A stretch of DNA of 63,563 nt, the filler included, from Choristocarpus tenellus KU-1152 (lineage: Eukaryota > Protista > Phaeophyceae), in the NCBI GenBank assembly GCA_964200185.2. It is 10 parts of 10 records of this genome, joined end to end, with 100 filler letters (N's around TTAATTAATTAA, not from the genome) between each part and the next. Parts side by side here need not be neighbours in the genome. Positions count along the whole stretch, not along the records: positions 49,960 to 57,462 come from CAXNAD020006053.1; positions 57,563 to 60,681 come from CAXNAD020022183.1; positions 60,782 to 63,563 come from CAXNAD020024806.1; 7 more parts are not named here. The stretch is one strand, 5' to 3'. The first letter of the stretch is position 1, and each line of letters starts with the position of its first letter. Below the pieces are notes generated by a model that was not told the DNA's origin, did no database searches, and worked only from the letters and a program-made list of their open reading frames with translations. Positions 54,129 through 63,563 of this stretch are shown piece by piece. A program made the translations under genes and the position numbers.

Positions 54129-56539
54129 GGGTCCATCATCATCGTCTGGCAAAGAGTTGAACTGAATTCCATTACTCCATAGCCCTTCTTGGATGTCAGT
54201 ACATTTCCTGCAATGTCATAGTTGCAGTTGAACATTGAATTGGGGGAGAGGGGGTGATGAGGTCACTTGAAGGAGCATTTTGATATTGTCTGGGAGATGT
54301 ATTGGAAGGCGAGGAGGGTGGATTGGTACTTGATTCTATACAAGGGGTAAGGTACAAACTGTCATGTACATATGCTGAACACCTGAGAGTCTATATATTA
54401 TGAACTTGTGCAGACCTGACCTCATTTTGGAACATTATCAGATTTAGGGGTCAAGGTTTCGACCCCATCCTCTCTCTCTCTCCAATTCATACTGTTCACT
54501 TCACATTCTTCTGAGGTCTTAATCCAGAAAAAAAAAATGATGCTAAAAAATGCCTTTAAAATATATATATATATATATATAATGCATGAATTTCTATTCA
54601 ACCAGAGCATGCGCCTCTTGATGCACGTCTGTATTGTGGGACAGATTTGAAGAGTTGTAAAAAGAACACCAAAAAATACACTTTTATGTTCTTATTTGAA
54701 TATTAGCTGTATGTAACTGTAATTTGAACCTCATGTGCTCCAAAAAAGAGCGTGACTATGAACCACAGTACTCACAAATTACATTCAAGAAAATACATTC
54801 ATTCAAGAAACAAGCTATAAAAGAGAAGAGACCGGCTGTTGTCCTCTCAAAACAAAAAAAATCGAACAGAGTGTGATACATCATTTTTATTAATTACTGT
54901 AAAAAAAAAATACAACAAAAAATAGGTGTATCGAGTCGGTCACGAAATTATGGGTCTGGGAAACATTTTCCCAAGCACCTAATGAGATGTACTCATACGT
55001 CAAAAGTAAAAAGTAACACGTGTAGTTCGAGGAGTGATGTGGTCTCTCACATTCATAAAAAAAATAAGATGTTATCCCATACTGCTTTTCGTATAGAAAC
55101 AAACCTAGGATGAGTCGAGTCTGTTCACAAAAAAAAAATAAAGAAGCGCTTGTCATCCTGAATTCAGCAAAAAAATATATAGATACAATATCGCTCACGT
55201 TGCTGCCAGGACACCAATCACAAGACTCGATTGTTGGCGGTTGTGTTGAACGGATGAACTTTAGCTGGATGTGTATAAATCAATTTTTGTCTGGTTGGGT
55301 AAGGGCTATATATGGTAACTACTTTGTAGAACCTGCTCTGTAGGTAAGGAAGCGATGTATCAAACCCGACTCTGAAGTTCTTAGGAGCTCCTAAGAGCTT
55401 CAAAGGCAGAAACATTTTAATTATTATGCCTCCCCTGCCCAACCACACCCAGGTGGGATTCAATCGGGGTTTCTTTCCTGTCCTCTCTCAAACATTAAAC
55501 GTGCTAAAAAATAAAAATAGGAGCTCCCCTTCTCTCCGAAACACCGTTCCTTGGGATGTTTAAAATGGGATGCAGTGCACTTCAATCCACAAATATATAT
55601 TTGTTATTTTATTGTGTATTATATCATTCTTTATTTTAACAGTTACTAATTCTAGTATATGTATATTAAAAAGATACTAAAGAGGCTACAGTAAGTAGTA
55701 CATACACACGAGCGTGTATTAAATAGGGTTAGGGTTAGGGTTAGTCTGCGGTGTGATACAAAATGTTAAGAAAATTTGAGTTTTGTGATGGTAAAACGTA
55801 GTTAACCCCTTTTAACGTTCGGGGGCAAATGGATAACAACTTACCACCCCGCTCACTGCCAAGTTTCAAATTGGGGCAGGAAGCAAGAATTTTTCCGTGC
55901 GAGTCAATCGTTTCAAAAACAAAACAAAAAGCTCCCCAGTTTTAACTAAAATCTCAACATAATCAAGTGTGATTGATCCATCCATTCAATCACCTCCGGA
56001 TTAACTCCTCCGGCACAACCACCCTGTAGCAAAGAATGCCTCCAACAAATGCAGCAGCACCTCCAAAGGCCAGGGCAAAGGACACGCGCCCGTCAAATAT
56101 CTCAATGATGGGCCGCCCTGCCAGAAAAAAACGTCAAGAAGCCGAAAAGATTCTTAGTGCCCATCTTTGTGTATGTGTATGTGTGTGTGGACCTGTTGTG
56201 CATTCTAGTTCTTCCAAGGTACACAAGCCAACCCAAACAAAACCAACCCGCTACAACCCCAAAATAGTCCTCCACATTCCCCACAACAACCCTCCACGAC
56301 CCCCAAAACAACCCTTCACAACCCCCAAAATAACCCTCAACAAACACCTCACCAACAAGTGCCACCAAAATCTCAGGCAGGCACTGGGCCAAGTGAAAGG
56401 TGGTGGAGAATAACGCCTTTTCCTCCTCGTGCTCCTTGCGACTGGTTGTTGCCGTTACAACGCTCCACGGGATGACATGTGTAGCAGCCAGGGGAAAGCC
56501 CAGGAGCCCCAACAGGGCAATCGCAAGGTGTTTTTGACC
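53874..56539 (-). CDS. SLC45/SUT (sucrose-H+ symporter-like, GPH/MFS) transporter, last three exons
   Basis: In-phase exons 56539-56353, 56117-55994 and 54207-53874: LAIALLGLLGFPLAATHVIPWSVV..ALFSTTFHLAQCLPEILVALVGRPIIEIFDGRVSFALAFGGAAAFVGG. This parallels TM10-12 of plant SUC (LGIPLAITFSIPF..LNLAIVIPQMIVS..GP.D.LFGG). An acidic/poly-Ser tail follows. Confidence 0.75.
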
Positions 56540-57027
56540 CTGGTGTGACAAGAGAGATTGGTTGTGTTTCGGGGGGGGGGGGGGGGCCTTTAAAAAACTT
56601 TAAACCATTCTAAGAGCNNNNNNNNNNGTTGTTGGAGGGAAGGGTGGGTGTGTGGGGGGGGGGGGGGGGGGGGGGGGGGGTGCTTTAACACACTTAGAAC
56701 CATTCCAGTAGCAGACCCAAGTAAATGTTGGTATGAAGTAATCGGTACAAACTGCGCAGTTCAACACACATAGGTTACCCTGTAATAAATAAAAGTACCA
56801 GTAGAAGACGCATCTGTCCAAGCATAGGTTGACTTCGATTTGTTGGAACTCGAGCAACGCTATCTGGATGGTTTTATCGGCGATCTCCCCCCTGTTACGT
56901 CCAGCACGCGATACTTGCTAACCAACAACACTCAAGCCTCTTTTTAAGTATTTTAAACTCCTAAGAAATCTTTCAGGCCTCCCTCTGCTTGAATTTTGAC
57001 AAGTGACACGTACACTGTTTCAAGGGG

Positions 57028-57076
<49 letters not shown>
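57028..57076. repeat. (CAA)n microsatellite
   Basis: Directly visible. Confidence 0.95.
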
Positions 57077-57462
57077 GAAGCAGCAGCAGCACGCACCCTT
57101 GAACCTTGAACAGAAAATTATACACTACAAAGAAATGCGTCTGATCCCCAAGCACACTCAGAAACATTTTTTTTTTAATTGGAAAAATAAACTAAAAAGT
57201 AGTTTGGGGCCTCCGTACAGGGGGAGCCTCCTCTTCTTACAGTCCAGTTAGTACCGGATCCAAATGGACGTACAAGTAAGGGACTTATTCTATTGCACAA
57301 GATAACCAATGTGCACATCACATCACATCACACCATGTCATGTTCTGCTATATTACGCAGGACTCAAGAAAAAAAAGGGGGGGGGGGGGGGGGGGGGCGC
57401 TGGGCTTTTCGCTCTTCCCGTATCTGGGGGTGTGTACGGCGGTGCCCCGGCTGGAGTTGAAG

Positions 57463-57562
57463 NNNNNNNNNNNNNNNNNNNNNNNNNNNNNNNNNNNNNN
57501 NNNNNNTTAATTAATTAANNNNNNNNNNNNNNNNNNNNNNNNNNNNNNNNNNNNNNNNNNNN
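57463..57562. other. Artificial contig linker
   Basis: N44-TTAATTAATTAA-N44. Confidence 0.99.
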
Positions 57563-57585
57563 ACATGGACTCAATTCAACACAAT

Positions 57586-57640
57586 AATCTCATATACACA
57601 AAATAAGGTACACTTCACTATTGTCCTATTTTGCACACAC
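57586..57640 (+). mobile_element. Solo mariner TIR copy (same family as 4330-4380)
   Basis: cacaaaataaggtacacttcactattgtcctattttgcacac matches 4920-4962. Confidence 0.75.
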
Positions 57641-58304
57641 CCTGCCACCCCAGTTTCTAATACACAACAGCACCTGCTAAACAGCTCTCCCTACTATGAT
57701 GCCAGACTAGTCAACAGAATCAATATCCCCTACCGACTCTTCGAACGAAAAAAGAAAAACACACAGCGAAAAGACATATTTACTCGAAGGTCGTGGCATG
57801 CTCAAGGCAAGCACACAATACGTAAACAACATACGCACAACTGGGATCCATCTACCCCTTGAGAAATAGACATAATGATTTCACTCCAAATTACTCGCCA
57901 AAATCGGCTAATTCTATACCTATTTATCCTATTTACACCCTAATCCAAGACTGACGCCTATGTGTCCCTCCGATTGTGAAGCTCCAAGGTATACCTATTC
58001 GATGGAACGGCAGGGGAGAGAATGATGCCTGTAAGTAGGGGCGAGGACACCCAAGTTGACACCAAAACGATCGACAGCACATACAGCAGTTCACAAAGGG
58101 TCGGCAAGACGTGATGCATGAATACGGCAAGCGGTGAATTTATGGGTGTCCGTGTCCATTTGCACTTCATCTGGTTCAACTACTCGAGATATATCTCATC
58201 AAGAAAACCAAACACAGAATGCGGGTGGTTTATCTGTGCGGCGGGGTATTTACTAGTGTTAGGTTGGGTATTTTGACGGCGTGTTTAGACTTTTGCCGGA
58301 TGTG

Positions 58305-58378
58305 ACCTCGACGAGATTTGATCCAACGAGAGTAGAGTTTGTTACAACTCTAGTAAACCCCTGAGCTACCGAGCAGAC
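58305..58378 (-). mobile_element. tRNA-like head of a second SINE-like element (body probably continues towards about 57900)
   Basis: Minus strand: A-box-like ggtagctcaggggt and B-box-like ggatcaaatctc at tRNA spacing. Confidence 0.45.
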
Positions 58379-58586
58379 AGTCAGCTGACACTTCATCTAC
58401 AACATATACACTCAGTAGTTTACTTTGACACTAAATTTTTTTTCCTTCCTCTATGGTGCCCACAGCAGTGTATCAGCTCCCAGCAATGTACAGGCAAGCA
58501 GTTAGAACAGCAGGGTATAAATTCTACCATAACATGGCATGGAAATCATGATGGATCTACGTTACTTGCAAGTGAGCGAACCAATA

Positions 58587-59892
58587 TCACACCACCTTCC
58601 CTGCACCCCATTCTCCCCCAAAGACACCATCCTCCAGGTTCATGGCAGCATGCCACCAATCCGAAGGGGCGTAAATGATATCCCCTGGGCCTCCACTATT
58701 CTCCCTGCCTATGTAGTAGTGAACACTATCGAGACCTCTTTGTCCACTAGTTGGTGGGCATACCAAGGGCTGGGGGCCAGGAGTTGGGAGAAGTGCCCTG
58801 ACAAAATTATTCATCAAATTATACCCCTTGTAGGCCTCCGAGTGCAGCTGGAATTCATACTTTGGAAAAGCAAAGCGGCCTTGCAAGGTTGTGGCACTAT
58901 TTGAGCTCTCGACTGCCTTCTCAATCTCACCTTCCTAAACGGACGGTGAATCATCATCGTCGCCCAGTACCAAGTCAGCAAACCTCTTAAGCGTCATGTT
59001 GGATACACCAAGGTTAAATACTCGGGCGTACAGCACGCTGCCAACATCGACCATGCGGTGTCCCCAACTTTCTATGAACGAGGTTGAGTCTCGATGTTTG
59101 GTTCCACCCTCTGGAGTTCTGTCCAGTTACGCGCCGGCGTTGCACACCATGACTGTCTCACCCTTGCTAACAAGGCAAACAAACCTCTGCCAGCGCTCGC
59201 TCCAGGCCACTGCTGTCTTCCTCATCCTGCCCAACCTCCGACCCAAGGGGGATCACCACCTCCGGAATCTCGCAACTTCCTCCCTTCTTCACTGCTGCAC
59301 AACCTTGCTGTTGATGGAGAAGTTTAGAAAGCTCATGTTACTTGACTGGCGCCCCACAGAATCGTAAGTGTCCGGATCTGCACCGATGGAGAGGAGGTAC
59401 TCCGTGAGGTTTGTATCCCCCCATAGCTCCGCTAGGTGTAGTGGTGTCATCCCGAACTCGGGGGTCAATTTCGTTAGGATCGCATCCCCGCGTCTCACAC
59501 ATTTCCTGCACCATGCTCAGCATTTCAGATGTCAGGGACAATCGCACTGGGGCTATGGGGACGTCCTGAAACCTGCCATTCCTTCCCTTAACTCTGTCCT
59601 CCAACACGAAGCTATCAGGAAGGGTGAATCTGACGGTGAGCAGTCTTTTCGCGAGTAGGGCGGTTGTGCTGATAGGAGCAGGGGTCGTGCTTTTCGACCA
59701 ATTGAAAGCATGGGAAGCAAATACTTCTAGGGTGCTGCTGGTAACCGAAGCCGAGGGGTAAGAATCTTCCAGGATCATCTCCCCGGCAACATCCAGTACA
59801 GCAAATGCCGCAAAGAGCAGGGTCACCAAAGTAATTTTGTAATGCAGTTCCTGTATCCAACTCCATAGAAGACAACAGATTAGGGCTGTCAT
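58587..59892 (-). pseudogene. Intronless ankyrin-repeat + JmjC/cupin (JMJD6/JMJD8-like) pseudogene
   Basis: Hydrophobic N-terminus; ankyrin FGMTPLHLAELWGDTNLTEYLLSIGADP; JmjC pieces FIESWGHRMVDVG, MTLKRF, HYYIGRENSG and PGDIIYAPSDWWHAAMNLED. In-frame stops near 59290, 59128 and 58936 plus several frameshifts. Confidence 0.8.
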
Positions 59893-60681
59893 TGGTGCAA
59901 ACTGACAGTGCCTATTGTGACCCGAGCGTATTTGGAGCGATTTCCTAATCCCCAACGCCCAACCCCTAATATAATGTACTCTGTTCTCAGACCTTTTTGT
60001 CTGAATCTGTCTGATTGTATAGGTCGGATTATTTCTGGTCTGGATCCTCTCGAATAAAATTGAATTATATCATGTATGTCTTACATTCTTTGAATGTGTG
60101 ATCAATTTGAGCCTTCAAGAATTGTTATTTGCTGGAAATATGTTCGACAATGAATGAAGATAGGTTGTTAAATCTATACATGTTCTAGAAGTGTTCCTAT
60201 TATATCATTATGCTCTCTGACATTTTGGAGAGGTGTCAGGGGGGAAATCAATGAAAATTATGCACATACAAACCCTAAGGAAATAAAATGTCATAAATGT
60301 GGAAAACCCTAATTTGTTACTCCATCACTATGTTGTAGTACTGCCGTCCTCTGTCTCCAATCTACCTATACCTGTGCCCTGGGAGGAGGTAGGGAGAAAT
60401 CCCAAGAATCCAATAAACCTCTCCTATTGTTTTGAAATATATAGTGTGATATCATTATTTTTGTGGAAGTGTCCAAGGTGCCAAGTTCTCTGCTCAAGGG
60501 GGCAATCATAATCACCGGAGAAAACTCTTCCACCTCCTACTCAATTAATTTACGTAAAGCGCCAAGGTTATCACAGGGTAACCCGTTTTTGGCAGTTTTG
60601 ACCCAAAGTATCTGGGAGGGGGGGGGGGGGCGCACACAGGGCGGCCCATCGGGACCAAAACCAGGAAAACCGCCCTGACAG

Positions 60682-60781
60682 NNNNNNNNNNNNNNNNNNN
60701 NNNNNNNNNNNNNNNNNNNNNNNNNTTAATTAATTAANNNNNNNNNNNNNNNNNNNNNNNNNNNNNNNNNNNNNNNNNNNN
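60682..60781. other. Artificial contig linker
   Basis: N44-TTAATTAATTAA-N44. Confidence 0.99.
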
Positions 60782-62829
60782 CATATACCTTGGGTATGGA
60801 TCCCCCCCACACACCCCTTTGTTTCAGGACATTCCAGTGTACTAACGGTCCCACATGTTTCTCATTTTTCTCCCAGAGCTCATTAATCTTCAGTTGACCT
60901 CGAGAATAGTGTTTACATGGTTTCGAGGAAAACAAGAATAAGTGTAGGAAGGGGAGAAGTCAAGAAACATATTAAGCCTAATTTATTATGATGCCTTTGG
61001 ACATGACTATGATGGTCATGATATCGGTTGATTTTTCCCCCAATACATGTGGAAAATGTCAGAAGGCAAAATAATAATAATAAATTATAATTTGTTATAA
61101 CCTGGATGTGAGTAGTGCAGATAAATATTAATGTACAGAGCACAGTGTAGGTAGTGGGAGGGTAATGCTGAAGTGAAGTGGATTGAGCCATCACTCAACG
61201 TTTATTCTTAGTCTTGAGATGTGTACTATGCTTGAAAATAGATCAAATTTCAGATAAGATCACAAGAAGGGACTTAATGAGACGGTCAATTGCAGTCCTC
61301 CAGTCTCCCACTCACAAGTCAGCTGTCAAAAAAAACGTCAAAGAGTCTGCGGCAAAATACATTTGAATATTTTGCTGCTGTTACAGTAGCAATGGTCGAT
61401 CCCTTCCCCTTGTACAGAATATATATACGCCTACTAGTACATACACGGATGTAGGAGTTCCTTGCTTCCTTGCGTGTAATTCAAAATATCTATTTTCCGT
61501 GTATCTGTACTTTACCGATATAGCAAGGAAGGTGTGCATCCATACACTTGGCATAACAGAAGACAGACAGTTTGATGGGGTCCCCAATAACGTACAACAC
61601 CCTCAGCAGTGCTTGTCGCTTGCACACCAAGCAAAAAACACAGTCCAAAACATCAACATAGCAACCAGCTGACTACAATTATTAAAAATTAAAAACTAGG
61701 TATGTAATTGGCTCCAAGTCCACTTTTTCTAAACACGCAACAAAATTACAGACAGATGACATACACACTACCATGCCCTTCAACACAGAATAAATCAAGC
61801 CAATAGAGACAAAGTGGCATACTACCATCAACACCAAAAAAGGGGGAGTCCGGGGATAGGGTGGGAAGTATATGGGGCACGACTTTAAATCCTCGTGTAG
61901 AGGGATGCCATCCACCTACACATATTCTCGAGCCTTACACACTCTCTCCACCAAGGCCCCTGGGAGACACATTTCCTGCTCGGAAGAGAGCTTTGATATT
62001 GCGATTATACAGCCACAGGTTGACCTGTTCGGGCCAGGACAGCTGACTGGCCAAACAACATGGCCCCAATGTCACGCACAATGTTATACGTGGCCTGTAA
62101 TCCATGCAAAGGGAAAAGGGAGAGAGAGGCAAGGAGGGAGGTAGCAGTACTGGAGTGTGTGTAGATGGCGATAGTACGCAGGCAGATGAGGTCTATGAGG
62201 TGTCACCCTTTTATGACAATTCTTCATCGGAATTGAGAGAGGGGTCACAGTAGGTATGTTACACATCTCATGGCTCGTCTCCCCACCAACAGCAAAAATT
62301 ATATTGAACCTAAAGGTTAAAATAGGGGAATTATTACTGATACTTGGATGGCCACGGGGTCTCAGCTGTGTGGTGTTCGGATGTGAGCCAACATACGATG
62401 AATAGTGTTATAGTGCAAATGATATGCCCGCAGCATTTGGAATTGGATGAGGTAGAGGTCTACTGGACTACACAGAAGTGACCCATTCCTAGTCATCACA
62501 CGGGAGGTACACCTTGTTAAGATCTTCCTTGCAAAAACCTTAAACATCCTCACTGGGTTTCAAGGGACAAGCAGAAGCCTTCCACCTTCCCACAACAAAA
62601 GAAACGTATTTGCACCCCTCCCCAAAAACGTGCACATTAAAAAATGCCTACAAACTCAGCAATCTCCACGAAGTCACGAAGCTAGCTCTCTCTACAAAAC
62701 CCCAACAATAACCGTATCATAAGAAGGGAAAAATGCATGTACACATACATACGGCATCTCGGCCCACGAGAGGGAAGATGGCCTATCCTACAGTCGCAAG
62801 AGACCTTTCACATTAACCCCTCGACATAC

Positions 62830-63490
62830 CTTGGGTCTGCTAGCCTCCTTAGCCTTGGCACTCATTTCCTCCCTCAACGAATCGTCAACCAGCCACCTGC
62901 TCACCGTGTCTGCAATTATCTCAGGATTCCTGCTGAAGGCTCCAAACCCACCCTCCGTTACATACGGCACATTGCCTGCCTGCAAGAGAGAGCCAGTACG
63001 TTGTTTGGCGCGCTCAGCTTGTCCCGTTTGAGACCAACAAAAAGTCACAGACACAGACACAGACACACACAGACACAGACACACACAGACACGTGTGCGC
63101 ACTCGCGCTCGCGCGCTCAATTCATACGACCAACAAGTCTATATTCAAAAAGCTCGTACAGTTTCAGCACACGGGGGGGGCTTAATAATATTCACGCCAA
63201 CAACCATCAGGGCTTGTAATGGGGCAGTACAAAGAGTTTCTTGAGGCCAGCGGCAACGCACAAGAAGTAATTGAAAATGAAGAGGAGCACCAATACAGGA
63301 GGTCCCAACCAGCTACTGCAAAGCACTGCAGATAAAGTCATCTAACCGAACTCACCTCCTGCCCGGGCAGGAATGTGCTCAGCATTATTGGAAGTCCGCG
63401 AACAGCTGCTTCCGCAATGGTTCCCGGTCCGGCCTTGGTGACAATACAGTCCACTGCACCCATCCATTCATCCATGTTCGAGACAAAGCC
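62830..63490 (-). CDS. MGD: Monogalactosyldiacylglycerol synthase (GT28), two C-terminal-domain exons; 5' part outside window, last exon not located
   Basis: Exons 63490-63356 and 62979-62830: [45 protein letters not shown]|[19 protein letters not shown]. Confidence 0.93.
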
Positions 63491-63563
63491 CTTCACATGA
63501 AGCAACACCAGGGGATGATAAGGGAAACAGATGAACCTAGTGCTCAAGTTGGGGTGGGGGGTG

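Noticed and set aside
56618-56627. 10-N gap flanked by poly-G runs, and other long G/C homopolymers
   Set aside because: Scaffold gap and probably unreliable homopolymer lengths; not interpreted as G-quadruplex elements

Overview
This is eukaryotic, intron-rich genomic DNA, not a prokaryotic window. It is a concatenation of ten unrelated contigs joined by nine artificial 100-nt linkers (N44-TTAATTAATTAA-N44), so adjacency across linkers is meaningless and most genes are truncated. A plastid MGDG synthase, flagellar/centriolar genes (DNAAF5, C2CD3-like) and TTAGGG motifs suggest a photosynthetic flagellated stramenopile, probably a brown alga or relative (inference). Spliced genes reconstructed by hand: DNAAF5/HEATR2 head-to-head with NCBP1/CBP80; AP-2 mu head-to-head with VPS51; a C2CD3-like C2 + four-IQ protein; a tandem-WW protein with a 16-nt microexon; an SLC45/SUT-type sugar transporter; and MGDG synthase. 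There is also an intronless ankyrin-JmjC pseudogene, many TE relics (mariner, copia, Harbinger/ISL2EU, tyrosine-recombinase fragment, MITEs, tRNA-SINEs) and two long fold-back palindromes. The most unusual feature is a spliced gene (30056-32411). It encodes a divergent beta-class N6-adenine/N4-cytosine DNA-methyltransferase-like domain followed by a SET-like domain and an acidic tail, and its last exon is frameshifted. All family calls come from visual motif recognition; no database searches were run.
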